DNA of 64,000 nucleotides. Origin: Podarcis filfolensis (Eukaryota). The stretch lies in NCBI GenBank assembly GCA_964270895.1, contig OZ185437.1; one strand, given 5' to 3'. How positions within the stretch are numbered: position 1 is the stretch's first letter; each line of letters starts with the position of its first letter. Positions 11,821-24,529 of this stretch are shown here, piece by piece. The notes beneath the pieces were generated by a model, which worked only from the letters and a program-made list of their open reading frames with translations, had not been told where the DNA came from and searched no databases. The translations under genes were made by a program, and so were the position numbers.

Positions 11821-12432
11821 GTAAGTATAATAATTTGCAAATAAAATAGATCAAAAGAGGTAGCCAATGGTTTTCTTTTATGCTCCTTACTACTAAAGCT
11901 AGTTGTAGATTATCATCTGCCTTTTTCATCAGGAATAAAGACAGTGGAAATTTGTCACTTCTACCATTAAGAAATGTTTTCAGAAATTCCTACCGGAGTA
12001 GACTGCCCAGTTAAAAAAATAAACGGGACCCTTTGAATTAGCAAATGCAATTTTAATAACAAAAGAAACCTCATTTTAAAACTTACTGAAGAGTCTGTAC
12101 TTCAAAAATTTCTAACTTGCAGTCCAGTAACCTGCCTTCAAATCTCAAGCTTCGCTGGCACTATGATGTACCCAATATTAAACTTTGGTTTAATATATGA
12201 AAGCTTTACTTAGACTTAAGAATTACAGCATTGATTCTACCTCGCTAAGGCCCTGTTCTTGCCTTTTGCACAGACATTGTGCTTCTAAATCTGCCATGTT
12301 AGAAAAGATATGTGCAGAAGTAGCTGAAGGTGTTTTACTGGCTATGTGTATTCTTGGTGGCTTTTTTTTATGGGACACTAGCAGTGGTTAATGTATATGT
12401 AAGAAAAATTAAGGATTCTTTTCGTTTCAAAG

Positions 12433-12505
12433 CAAAGTGGAAGATGCGTTCTATAATGGCGAACTCAGGCTGAATGGAGAGAAACTATGGAAGAAGAGCA
12501 GAGCG
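12433..12505 (+). CDS. MTRES1: MTRES1 second coding exon (73 nt)
   Basis: tttcaaag|C AAA GTG GAA GAT ... AGA GCG|gtaagg. Translates (N)KVEDAFYNGELRLNGEKLWKKSRA, the S4-like region. Phase is compatible with both neighbours. Confidence 0.95.
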
Positions 12506-14028
12506 GTAAGGTTTTCCAGAAAATAGTTTATGTCTTAAACTGAAAAGAGGTTATATGTCAAAAACTCAAATTATCTTTAACTGGCAAATGCTTATCCACA
12601 TTATCTCATTCCACACATACAATATTTATATTACTAGAATAATAGATTCTCATAAAGGGCACACTTGTTTGCAGGATCAGCACCTAGGATAAAGGTTGCC
12701 ACCTGCTGCACCTTCATTGAGTTACTAGGAAGAGTTTAAAACATCAAAAATAGGAACGTCCGGCCTACCCTAGTTAAGTGAGTGGATGATTTCAGTAGTA
12801 TGGATTGCACCCTGTCTTGCATTGTTTATAGTATTACAGTCAAAGATGAAGAGCCATTGTGAAAACTCTGCCCTCCATTTTATTGGATAAGATTCAGACT
12901 GGTGCAGTAGATGGGCCCAAATGGGTCCCATTTCCAGTGGATCCATTGCTGATCCTACTTCATTTCCCAAAGCCCTCTTCTGGGGCCTTTTGCCAGTAAC
13001 TATTGGCAGTAGCTTCCTAACCCCTCACAATTTGGGTGGGTGCCTCAGGCCTCAAATGCCTGAAAGGCTGCCTCGTCTACAGACCCTTTTCAGTGTTGAC
13101 ATCAGTAGAGAGGGCCTGCCTGGCAATTCCACCGCCCTCAGAAGGTAAGGATTGTTGGCCTGGGAAAGAGCATTCTTTGGGCATCCCCTAAGTTGTGGAA
13201 ATCCCCAGAGAGTTCACTGTACAGTTTTCATCATATGCTGAAGACGCACCTCTTTCCCCTGGATTTTGACACTTGAGATATATATTTTGAAGACAACCCC
13301 CCCATTATTATGATTGTAATTCGTAATTTGTTTTGGATTGGGGTTCCTTTTTGCTCTATTTTAAATGGTCGCAAACTACCCGGGAACCTTAGGGTGAACA
13401 GCAGGTAACAAATCAATTTAATAATAATAATGGTGGCAGAGCCTATTGAAGCCGAGAGACTACCTCTGCCTGTTCCTCACTTCCTCTTGCAGCACAGATT
13501 CGGGGTTAAGATTGCACTCTAATACTTCAATGATGCCATCAGCTTTTGTGGAACTACAACAGCTTGTGCCACCGTAGATTAAGGACGTAAAAGCCCTGCT
13601 GCATCAGGCCAAAGGCACATCTAGTGAGGTATCCTGTTGTCAGTGGCCCACCAGATGCCGATAGGAAGCCCCTACCATAAGCAGGACCTGGGTTCTTCCC
13701 ACTTCATTTCCCAGCAACTGATACATTCTCTGCCTATCCCCCCACCCCTGGCAGTCCTCTTTGAGGTGCCACAAGACTCTTTGGCCATGGTTGCTTGGAA
13801 ATCTCCATACTGTCCTCATTGCAGAAGCTCACAAGACAGTAGAGAGATGAAGCTGCAGCACTTCCATCATAGCCGATGCTCTGCAGCTCTGTTGGCTGCT
13901 TTTCTCTAAGGTCCCGGATGAAAAGTGCAGGGATCAAAATGCCAAGCAAGTTACTCCAACTTATTTCTGGAGGCAAAATAAAACATGCTGGTTTTTTTTT
14001 TCTCCCCCGCCCCACCCCAAATCTTCAG

Positions 14029-14205
14029 GTAAAAGTCGGTGATACACTGGACCTGATAGTTGGAGAGGACAAAGAAACAGAAACTGCTGTAGTTATGAGA
14101 GTTGTCTTAAAGAAGGCATCCGACAAGGTCAACGATGAAAAATACAGAGTGGTGTTAAGGCGCTGGAGGAACTTAAAGGTGCCCAAGCAGGATGTATTTA
14201 AGTGA
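14029..14205 (+). CDS. MTRES1: MTRES1 last coding exon; total CDS 687 nt = 228 aa
   Basis: Pyrimidine tract then cttcag|GTA AAA GTC GGT GAT. Translates VKVGDTLDLIVGEDKE...KYRVVLRRWRNLKVPKQDVFK*. Confidence 0.95.
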   Translation, partial: VKVGDTLDLIVGEDKETETAVVMRVVLKKASDKVNDEKYRVVLRRWRNLKVPKQDVFK

Positions 14206-14448
14206 ACTAGGATTTGCATGTGGCAGAGGTTTCCTTGTGAACAACTGTTGGTTATACAATATATGAATTTTGGTTAAACAAAATTCCTGCATTCTTTTTT
14301 TAAAGAAAATAATATTTAAATGGGTATGCGATGGCATGATGCCACCTTCCTTACTGTGAACATCACTTTGCCCGTGACTTTTTAGTTTACTGCTTTTGTT
14401 CCATACTGAGGGAGAAAGCAATGTTTCTATGAAAAGATAGAACAAAGG

Positions 14449-14454
14449 AATAAA
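14449..14454 (+). terminator. Candidate MTRES1 polyadenylation signal
   Basis: First AATAAA after the MTRES1 stop (~245 nt downstream). Usage cannot be proven from sequence. Confidence 0.4.
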
Positions 14455-15273
14455 AGGGAAGGCTAATTTTAAATATTCTCTGCTTTTGTTTAAATGACAT
14501 GACCCGGAAGCCCAAAACTAAACAACTTGAGTGGGAAGAAAGCCTGGCTTTTCTTTACTCATTGTGTGGTGTGATAACAGTAGCCAGTCAGTTCAGGAAC
14601 CTGGTTTTTCTTTTTCTTTTTTAAATAACCCCAACCTGGTAGATTAACAATACAGCTTTCCATTTCCATGTGTAATCACTGAGCTGTGGTGCTGATGGTT
14701 TGTGGTTGCTTTCCTTTTACATATTGTCTGGTGGTATCTTTTGTGAAATGTATTTTAGTATGCTGGCTGCTACATTTACTAGAGCAGAGTTCCCTTACTC
14801 ATAGGGGACATGGGCAAGATCAGGTAGGCCTAGTGCTTCCATGGAATGATTTGTCTCAGGAACTCCAGTGTATGTAGGGATTGGCTTAGCAGTGCACTGT
14901 GTTATAAAGCCATAGTCATGTACACTGCACATGAAAAAGCCCCATGCTTGTTCCAGTGAGAGTATGGACATCTTAAACATGTAGATTGCTCCATCACTTC
15001 AACCCAAGTGGTGGTTCTGGATGCAGAGCCCTCTACATACAGAGTGATCTCCTCTGCAGACGTATACAGAAGTCTACATGCACACTGGAATACAGATGAG
15101 TCCCTGGATCAGACAGCATAGGTCTACAAATTTTAACGGGCATTAGCTTTGTATCACAAAGTACAGAGCTTCTGTTTGCAGGCAACTTATTGTGTCCCAT
15201 GCATTAATTTGGACATGCAGCTTAGTAAAACACCTGTAGAATTCAGTTTGTTTCCATAGCCACTGTAGATTAT

Positions 15274-15583
15274 GGGCTCATCCACACTTGCCTTTTGCCC
15301 ACGCTTTCTAGGCACAGGTTCGCACTTTAAAGCAGTTTCCGAGCAATTATTTTTTATTTATTTTTTGGCCGCAGCACTTTCCCCACGAAACTGCTCTTTA
15401 ATGCTGAATTGGAATGAATGGTAATTTGGGTTAGCTGCGGATTGCTGTTTGCTCTGATTCAGAAGTAAAGAGTGTGTCTTTGCGTGGAAAGCGCTTGGGA
15501 AACGAAAAAGTGCTCAGAAGCAGTGCTTTAAAGTGTGGATCTGTGCCTAGAAATGTGGCACAAAAGTAATTCTTGATGAGCCC
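15274..15583. mobile_element. PIF/Harbinger-like MITE with long TIRs
   Basis: gggctcatc...tttctaggcacaggttcgcactttaaagca is mirrored by tgctttaaagtgtggatctgtgcctagaaa...gatgagccc (~60-bp imperfect TIRs). TA-rich 3-bp flanks. Confidence 0.65.
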
Positions 15584-18500
15584 TTAGCAACCAGATGAAG
15601 AGGTGCTAGAGGATAAAGAGAAAATCATGTGAAAATATAATGGTCGCCTTATCTCCAACACTCATATGATATAGGAAATCAAAGCACATGATGCCACTTT
15701 AAAGGTAAGTATTGTATGTCACCCTAAAAATGCTTCCCCTCACACACTGTTATTTTTGTTAATACAGAATTGTGGCTGCCTTCAAATGTCATTTGTTGCC
15801 ATGTGAATAAGAAATCCTAGTGTTAAAACTAGCTTAATAAAGTCCTTCAGAATATATGAAACAGTGTAAATGCATTCTTTGTGTCCTTTAAAGATTGGTA
15901 AGGACTAGTAAGGTCTTGGTTTTCAAAATGATTATGATGAACATAGTGAAATAATTATAGGACTGTATCCCATCGGTTGTATAAAGAGAAAGTAGACCTG
16001 TTCTATGTGTTACTCAAAATATTTTCTAAACATGGACAAGGGCACAAATCTATAGCTTTTGGGAGGGCATTCCAAGGCCACAGGAAAAAGAGGCAGGTCT
16101 GCCAAAAGTGGGTATGATGGAGGCTAATTTGGATCCACCAGGGCCAGAATATAGAGAGAAGTATAACAGCCGAGGAGGCCAATCTGGGACCAACAGGAGG
16201 AAAAACCTAAAAAAACAACGAACCAATTTTAGACAAAATAGGAGAGGAAAAACAGCACTTGTACAGCTTTGGTGCTGCTAGGTTTGGCTGTCTCCCCACC
16301 CCAATAACCCTGTAGGAGGTTTCAGAGATACACTGGTTTTTAAAAAAAGTATAGTGTATATACTTTTAAGTTAAGAAATAACTACATTTTTCTAACACAC
16401 TATTTTCACGGTTCTTTTGTAAGCCTTCTGTAACCGAGCACCTTCCATGTTTTGGATGACAACTATCACCCTTAATCATGCTGGCTGGGACTTGCAGAAA
16501 TTGTAGTCCGAAACACTGGAAGAGCACCAGATTATGGAAGGCTGCTTTATGTTGTCCAAAGAAGTTGGCATTATTGGGTAGCACAACTAAATAACACCCA
16601 AACCCTTCAGTTTGCTAAATATGTCTTATTATACAGATAAATATAGACATATCAGTTTGCCTTGGGTAAAAGGTTGACTTGACTCTAATTAGGACACAGG
16701 TAGTATATTCATGGATTCTAGCTGTGTTATTTTGGGATGTTGCTAACTCCTAAGAAAAAAATGACTATTGTCTACTACTAAACTGTCTCAACAGGGCCTG
16801 GCCCATTCTTGGGGTTCAAAAGAAATAAAGAAAAAGGGTTTGTAATTGTGGGAGAAATATAGTCTTAAAAGCTGCTTTAATGTATCAAATTTAATTTGGT
16901 TGCTACAATATAAATTTTTATTTGGATATATAACGATCTAAATAATCGTACAAGAGTATCAAATGAATGTGCTAAACCAGAAATAACTGGTATTAAATGA
17001 TCATTGTCACTGCATCAGACAAGCATCTGAGTCCAGAGCTCATTGCATAACCAATGTGCACATGGAGCTATTATTTATGCAGTCTGCCCTATTCAAGGAG
17101 ACAGCAGATCCACAGACAGGGATTAGCTGAACTAAATGCTGGAAAGCTCCATGAGCATTTTAGAAATCCAGTGGGTTTCATCCAGAGGAAGTCAGCCGTG
17201 GTTTAGTCCCATTTATTTAAGCAAATGGGACTAAAGTGCAGTTAACTTCATCTGGATCCAAGCTGCCCAGTGCCTGTAAATAAAAAAACCCTGATGATTT
17301 TATTTATCCCTGTTACAACTGCCAAAGAAAAAGGAAAACAAAGCCTTAGTGTGATGTAGCCCTCCAGGAAAAGGGAGAAAGGCTGACATTTCACTGGTGT
17401 TTGGGCATACTGAATGGAAGCATACAATCCATTAGTATTTACCTAAACTCCAGTAAATTCAAAAACAAAGAGGTTTCAAGTTAATTATTAGTTACAATGA
17501 TTAAGGAAAAGTTCACAGTCTCCATGATATCGAAATCCTCTGGGTGACACTGTACTTGAAGTTATAAATATAAAATCAACATACAATGAAGAGGGCCCTT
17601 GCTATATAGAAGTCCAAATAATCAAATATATAGATACATATAATATTTAATATTTTGAACTTTTCAAAGGCTGCAATCATTTTGCTAACAAAAATAATAT
17701 GGGCTTAAATGTTTTTGTACATTCCTCAATTCAAGTATTTTTTAAATATAAGTAGTGAGAATAACAGGTAATAGCACCATATTCTACTGATACAGGGCAA
17801 GAGTCTAGTTCACAACCTATGCTTATACCAGTAGCTTTTATACCAAGAAGTCACACTGAGGACAATGGAATAACTTAGATGACTAACAACTGAAGTATTG
17901 GTACTACGATCTTAACACATGTTAAATAATGCCATGATCATAATCTTAACTTTTACAACCATTCAGCAACAAAATGGGAAACCTTTAAAGAAATTTGTAA
18001 CTTTTCTGTTCATTGATTTTGTAGTACTTCACTCTCCCAATATTCAAACTAATACAAGGAGTAGCTGTGATTAGTACAGAAACTGTCTTGATTCTCTAGT
18101 CTTTTTCAAAGAGTATGGCACTTCGAAAACTACAGCTTTGAAAAATTAAAAAATTAGTTAGTTTCCAAATGACTGATTAAAGGTACCTACAGAAACTGTT
18201 TTAAAGAGCACGAGACTACTCACTGCTAAAAAACCAATTAAAAAATTTAAAACTATATAATTTATTTTCACTGATGATTATATTTAAATGAGATGCTACT
18301 GGAACATCTGTAATAATTTATGATTATTTGCTGTGTACCAATTCAGGTAGGTAGCAAGGGCACTATAAGAAACCTAGCCTACATACAGGCATCCTGAAAT
18401 GGAGTTACATCTTTTCCCACAATATGCATTCATTTCAATAGGTTCTTCTAAGTGACATTCCCACTGGATTGTCCTACACCCCTTTCCCCCATCCTCACTG

Positions 18501-18660
18501 TATTGCCCTTTCCCGTATGTGTTAGAGCAACATTTTTCTTATCAGTTGCCCTAATGCTGAGTGAATATTCTGAGTATTAGTCTAAAGCAGGCTGACTGAT
18601 GTCTCAGTCTGCTTCTAAATAACTTAGTGGTCAACATCTTTGGAAACTAAAAAGATCCCA

Positions 18661-20886
18661 TCACTTTTTTGCTTTCTTGGCTTTTTTCAGTATATCACAC
18701 TTTTTTCTATTGGGACGTCTGCATCTTTCATCAATGCTTGGTATACATTCATAATGCCACACTTCATCCATTTTCTCAACAGGATAAACAGCTTCAACAT
18801 AATGACGGATTAGTCTCAGTCTGACAGGATCGAGCTGCTTTTTGTTACAAGCCCCTGAATGGTTGTATTGCAGTCTGAGGTTATCTGAAGTAAACAGCTC
18901 TGGAAAAAGTCTTACAAGGAGTCTGGCAGCAAAGTTACCAACTGAAAGGCTCTGCTGTACTATTTCTCTTACTTCCTTGTCAGACAGCAGATACAGAGAA
19001 GGCACAGGAAAGTCTGGAGGAGGAACAACAAGTTCCTCAAGTGGTATCTTGCAAAAATCTTTGTTGCTTCTTTCCGGAGGCAATGGCGGTCCTTCAAATT
19101 CTTCTTTAAATCTTTCCGGGTTTATTGCATAGGTCAAAAATTCTCTCCTTTCAGGTCCTGGCACATGGACCTTTCGCTGCAGTTGGTATGTGCGTCTTTG
19201 CTCTGTATCTCTTCGACGACATCTTTCATCAAGTTTTCCAACGAATTCCAATGTCCATACTCGATCATTCTTCGCTCTCGGATATAGCATTTGCACATAA
19301 TGTCGAATTAATTTAATCCTAACAGGATCAAGTTGTTTCTTACCCAGTGATCCACTACAATTATATTGCTTCCTTAAGTTTTCATGGGTAAACAGTTCAG
19401 GGAATAAATGAACTAGCAATCGAGAAGCAAAATTGCCGATTGATAAACTGCTCTCATATATGTTCTTAAGCTGCTCCTTGCTTAACAGGTAGTCTGGAAT
19501 AGGGACATCAAAATCAGGAGAAGGGATATCAAGCTTATCAAAGTCTATAGGCACAAGCCAAATCTTTTTTGACCTTCTGCCTGGCCTTTCATATTCAAAA
19601 TTATCTTCCACTTTTATAATAGACACATCATCAGGCAAACTAGAAGAATCATAGCAATCCTCTCTCATCTGTTCACTCTCACTGTCATCCATATACATGC
19701 TTTCAAGTTCATCATTTATTCGCTGGACACAATGCTGCAACCAGGCCTTTCTCTCCTGCATAGCAGGAAAATAAATCTCTGTGTACCTGCGAATTACCTG
19801 AAGTCGCTGCGGGTCAAGCTCTTGTTTTCCACATTCTCCATAACAGCTATATCTCTCGGCCAACTTTCTGTGATCAAAGAGTTCTGGAAACAATCTATGT
19901 AATAAAAAGACACAAAACTCTCCAGGAGAGGAAGCTTCATCTAAAAATTCATTTATATCCTGAGCATCAAATACCCATTCAGAGGCAATGGAACTACTCC
20001 TGTCCATGGGCAGAGCTTCATCCTCCTCCTTATCATCAATAACTTGATCAGTCTCATAAAAACTGGAGGACTGTAAGTCTGGCTGACTATTTTCCATGTC
20101 TCTCTGTGCCCAAAAGCTACTGAAAAAGTCATTGACCTGAGGCAAACACTCTGCCTGCCAAACCGCAGGATTCTTCACAGAAGGATAACAGACTTCTACA
20201 TAATTTCGGATGAGCTGTAGATGAAGGGACTCAAGTTTCTTTTTGTTAAGATAGCCACAGGTACTGCAGGTCCTGCTTAACTCATCCTCACTGAAGAGCT
20301 CTGGAAAAAGCTGTACCAGTAGTCGGCAAGCCAAATCTCCACCTGATGTACTCTGATCCATGATCTGTTTGAGTTCTGAGGCAGTCAGCTGGTACTCAGG
20401 TGGTGGCCTGAATTCTGCTACAGCATCTGTAGGGCTGACATATTTTTTAATTCGACTGACTTCTAGTGATAACAAGTCTACTTTGCTGTGAAGCTGAGTC
20501 ATGTTGGAATTTAAGGTATTAAGTGTGTAAAACATTTTTTGTATCAAAGAATATATATTTGGGTCGGACTCAGAAGCAACAGGTGTGACAGCACTCATAT
20601 CTCTTTTACGTTGCTCATTCAATGTCCGAAGATTGGAAGGACTGCTAGGATTAACCTTTTCAAACAACTCATAGGAAGTGAACTGCTCTGTTCCTGGCAG
20701 ATTTTTCTTCTCTGTAATTTTGTGTGAGATCCCATACAGAGGTTTCTTATATGATGGCATGATTGTGTTATTTAAGGCTTCTTCTTCACCGAGCCACGTT
20801 ATGCTAGGATTCTTGCTCTTGTTTAGCTGTTCCACATCTTCCTGAGTAGGTGATCCATCTCTGTGCATCAAGTTTGAAAGAAGGCC
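18661..20886 (-). CDS. BEND3: BEND3 large last coding exon with four BEN domains; total CDS 2484 nt = 827 aa
   Basis: Extends the 736-aa track ORF to the acceptor gttaaaag|GGC at 20886 (phase 0). Contains four repeats of the BEN signature (RLLxxLFPELF...KKQLDPxRLxLIRxY) and ends RRPNRKKCDILKKAKKAKK*. Confidence 0.97.
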   Translation of the reverse strand, partial: GLLSNLMHRDGSPTQEDVEQLNKSKNPSITWLGEEEALNNTIMPSYKKPLYGISHKITEKKNLPGTEQFTSYELFEKVNPSSPSNLRTLNEQRKRDMSAVTPVASESDPNIYSLIQKMFYTLNTLNSNMTQLHSKVDLLSLEVSRIKKYVSPTDAVAEFRPPPEYQLTASELKQIMDQSTSGGDLACRLLVQLFPELFSEDELSRTCSTCGYLNKKKLESLHLQLIRNYVEVCYPSVKNPAVWQAECLPQVNDFFSSFWAQRDMENSQPDLQSSSFYETDQVIDDKEEDEALPMDRSSSIASEWVFDAQDINEFLDEASSPGEFCVFLLHRLFPELFDHRKLAERYSCYGECGKQELDPQRLQVIRRYTEIYFPAMQERKAWLQHCVQRINDELESMYMDDSESEQMREDCYDSSSLPDDVSIIKVEDNFEYERPGRRSKKIWLVPIDFDKLDIPSPDFDVPIPDYLLSKEQLKNIYESSLSIGNFASRLLVHLFPELFTHENLRKQYNCSGSLGKKQLDPVRIKLIRHYVQMLYPRAKNDRVWTLEFVGKLDERCRRRDTEQRRTYQLQRKVHVPGPERREFLTYAINPERFKEEFEGPPLPPERSNKDFCKIPLEELVVPPPDFPVPSLYLLSDKEVREIVQQSLSVGNFAARLLVRLFPELFTSDNLRLQYNHSGACNKKQLDPVRLRLIRHYVEAVYPVEKMDEVWHYECIPSIDERCRRPNRKKCDILKKAKKAKK

Positions 20887-21049
20887 CTTTTAACGAACAA
20901 ATGTAACATTAGTACTCTGATTAGTTACTTATTTATCCTTAATGAATAAATTATAAAACATGATTTTCTTAATTTTAAACACTAAATTAATTTAACACAA
21001 TGCAGCCATAGGGTTGAATCCAGACTATGTTAGTTGCTTCCACCTACAC

Positions 21050-22217
21050 CAGGGGTGTCAAACTCAAATTCATTGGGGGGCCGCATCAGCAGTTTGGTCA
21101 CCCTCAAAGGGCCGGTTGTATCTGTAGGACTTTATCAAAGTTATTTTTCCTTAGGCACTGGTGTGTGTTGTCTTGAACCTATACACTATTTAATATACCT
21201 ATTCTAGTACGATTTTAAATAAGAATAGAAGAAATAATAATGATTTTTTAAAAAGATGATGAGATGGGCTTCCAGGCAGACTGGAGCTCCAACGGGGAGG
21301 AGACAGGAGCCTGTCCCAACAGAGCAGAGCAGAAGCAAATGTTGCCTCCCCCTGCCCTGCCGCCGCACTCAGGAGTCGGAGGATATGGAGCTGCAGTTTG
21401 GACAGCAGCAGTTTCTTCCTTGCAAGGGAGCCCCAGCGGCACTGCGGGCGCAGGTGGCCAGGATGTCCTGCTGGGGCCCCGAGCTGCTGCAGTTGCTCCC
21501 GGGGAGGGAGCTATCCGCCAAGTCCTCCAGCCCGGAGAAAGCCGATGTGTTGGCGTGGGGAGGGGAGCGGTGTTTCATAGCTAGGCTCCCGCAGCCAAGT
21601 TGCTGGCAGGCTCCCACTTTGCTCCAGCCACCCAGATGCCGGCGCGGTCCTCTTCAGGGTGGGAGGCGCCCCTGCTTTGCGGTGTGGCACACCGCCCACC
21701 CGTCCGGCTCCCTCCACCCCACTCTGTGCAGCTGAACCGGCAGCAGCTTCGCCTCTCCCAGCCCAGCCGGGGCGCGCCGCCTGTGGCAGGACCTGCGCCA
21801 GGTCCCCGCTCTCCACTCGCCTCCGCCGCCGGCCCTGCTATTTACCCACCAGACCCCCAGCTCCGAGCTCAGCTTCGCGGGACTGCCTCCTCTGCAGCGA
21901 GCCCCGGACTGGACCGAGCGAGCAGAAAGCCTCTTTGCCCGGCCCGCGAGGCAGGCGAAAGTTGCGGGACCCGCCAGTAGGCAGCGCCGACGGGGCGTGT
22001 CGGTTGGAGCCCTGTCTGCAAGCAGGCAGGGAAGGCTGTTCGCGTGGGTCACTTTTTAGAAAGGCAGAGAGCCTCCGCCGGAGTGCGGACCCTAAAATCT
22101 GGGTCGGGACCAGTAAAAAGGACAAGAAGCTCGCTTCCTCGCCCTTGATGCCACGGGCCACATGACGAGGTCTGGCGGGCCGGATTTGGCCCGCGGGCCT
22201 TGTGTTTGACACCCGTG
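21050..22217. mobile_element. Non-autonomous hAT (Charlie-like) DNA transposon, 1168 bp, with a CpG-rich interior
   Basis: TIRs caggggtgtcaaac / gtttgacacccgtg (1 mismatch in 14). Perfect 8-bp TSD acctacac at 21042-21049 and 22218-22225. No transposase-like ORF. Confidence 0.9.
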
Positions 22218-22789
22218 ACCTACACTATGGGTTGGAAAGGGGATGGAGGAGTTGGAGGGGATGGGAAACTTTCCCTGTGTATATATTAAGATCCAAACTT
22301 TCATGTCTAGGAGCTGCCTAAAATAATCAAATCAATAGCCTTTCCTTAACATCAGAGTTTTGAGAATATTGCAGCTCATGTATGCATAAGGATCCCCTAC
22401 ATCAGACTCACTGGCCTGGATTCCAAGTTTGTTCCTGTCAACAGGAGGGAGGGTCACCTTTCGCTGATTCCGCATTCCCTCTGTAGACTCTTATGCTCCC
22501 TGTCTGGCCCAGTGGAAGACTGCAGGGGGAGTGTGAAATCAGGGGAACTGGCTACCCCTTCTGCCAAAGAGATCCTCCGCTACATCTAAAACTATCAATC
22601 TGTGAAAGGCATAGTTAAGATCCAAGCAACAGTACTGTATTCAACTAACAACACCCAGACTGAAAACCTTGCAATGCCCAGATTGAGAACCTTTCACAGC
22701 CTACTCACTTTCCACTAGCCACATCTGAAGGAAGAAAAGTGTTGTAAGAGAATGTGTGTGCTAAACAATGTACAATATTTTCTGATAAT

Positions 22790-23144
22790 GGTAAAATGTA
22801 GAGGGACCCCTGACCATTGGGTCCAGTCGCAGATGACTCTGGGGTTGTGGCGCTCATCTCGCTTTATTGGCCGAGGGAGCCGGCGTACAGCTTTCGGGTC
22901 ATGTGGCCAGCATGACTAAGCCACTTCTGGCAAACCAGAGCAGCGCACGGAAACGCCGTTTACCTTCCCTCCGGAGTGGTACCTATTTATCTACTTGCAC
23001 TTTGACGTGCTTTCGAACTGCTAGGTTGGCAGGAGCAGGGACCAAGCGACAGGAGCTCACCCCATTGCGGGGATTCAAACCGCTAACCTTCTTATCGGCA
23101 AGCCCTAGGCTCTGTGGTTTAACCCACAGTGCCACCCGCATCTT
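22790..23144 (-). mobile_element. Sauria SINE (full length)
   Basis: Reverse complement matches the copies at 51469 and 62881: tRNA-like head, conserved body and (ACCTTT)n-type tail. Confidence 0.9.
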
Positions 23145-24314
23145 CCATTTCCATGCAAATGGAAGCAATGCCAAAAGAGCTGTAGCCTATAAAGTGTTGA
23201 CATTTGGAAGAGATCACAAAAGAAAACATTTCAGACACTATTTTATATCAGCAGTTCACATTATTTGGGTGTCTTCATTAATTCACTATGAGATGGATAT
23301 TTTGCAAACATATTTTGCTTTGCAGCAGCAACAGCAACATAAATTTCAATACTAGAATTAAAAAATGAAAGAATTTACACTTTAAAAATCAGAAATATTT
23401 TTTCACAGCTTGCTGTAGAAATACTAATTAGTAAAAGGTAAAATATACATATTCAAATACTATTAAGGCAAATAGGCAAGAATTGACTACTCCATCTTAA
23501 AAACATGAAAAACCTCAGCTTTGAGTTATGATCTCACTTTGTAAGCCACCTTGTGAGGGATTGGCCCTAAAAAGCAAAACAGAAATAACTTAAACCCTAA
23601 GCATGCCATCTATGGAATGGAATTGTTTTTTTTAGTTCACAGGTTTCTGGTGGAAGGGGGGGCCAATTTTCCCTCAGGCCCCCCCCCCCGTACGCTCCCC
23701 GCCACACTGTTCTAGAAGGCTCTCCAACTCTCCAGAGCAATTCTTGGGGAACAGAAGGGACTACAAGCAGGGGGAATCAGTGAAAGTACAAAATATCACC
23801 TAGGAAACAGCTCAGAAATAGCTGTTTGGGTTCTGGCTTAACCTTGCTGGACTGAAGTGCAAATGTTTATGTAGACTATTTTAGATGAAATCCAGACAAG
23901 AAACCATATTCATCAGTAGCAAGAAAAAACTATGAAATTGGTTGCAACATCTTAAATAACTAGTTTAGTAAGTCATGAGTTTTTACATGCAATGTCAAAT
24001 TCACCATTTCCTCAGCTGAATTCACACATCTATTGAATTTTGCTCTTTAAAAAACAGCCACCACCTTGTTCCTCAGAAAATCTATTGATCTCTAGGATGC
24101 ATGTTTTCTCTTTGTTTGTTTTTGGCTAAATAGTGTCTTCTTTGCTTTGCTGCAGCCTACAATTTCCATAAAATAAAACACCCAAATGAGTATTTAATAT
24201 TTCGGAACAAAGATTAACTGGTTTGACTAAATTCATTGAACTGCTTGTCAATATGAAATAGTTAACTACAAGTCTAAGCAAGATGCTGTTAATATCCATA
24301 TGTAAAGGAATCAC

Positions 24315-24529
24315 CTCTTGTGTAAGGCCTCTTTTTTTCAGACTTGGTAGAATTTCTTGGTGGCTTCCTGAGCTATCACAACCAAACAAGGTCCGTTTTC
24401 GTTTATTGGTTTCTTGCAGAGAAGTCACTAAACCATCCAGCGTGTTTTTTTCAGGTCTTGATATTACGGAGCAGTCTAGGACTTCATCTTCTTTGTCTGT
24501 TTCTACTTTCATAATATTTTTGATAATAA
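24315..24529 (-). CDS. BEND3: BEND3 second coding exon (215 nt)
   Basis: ctctttcatcag|TT ATT ATC AAA ... ACA CAA GAG|gtgatt. Translates VIIKNIMKVETDKEDEVLDCSVISR...KRKR...KKRGLTQE, including a psiKxE SUMO consensus (MKVE) and a basic NLS-like patch. Confidence 0.92.

Noticed and set aside
14026-14034. CAG|GTAAAA acceptor that also looks like a donor (recursive-splice-like)
   Set aside because: Explained by the conserved Val-Lys codons starting the exon; the +3 to +6 donor match is weak.
18842-20727. Plus-strand ORFs antisense to BEND3
   Set aside because: Shadows of the real coding frame, short and without independent features.
21248-22212. Many overlapping 60-170-aa ORFs in the hAT interior
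   Set aside because: GC-rich, stop-poor sequence; no transposase motifs or coherent composition.
22867-23355. ORFs with MASMTKPLLANQSSARKRRLPS, also seen at 51519 and 62931
   Set aside because: Translations of the non-coding Sauria SINE body, not a gene family.
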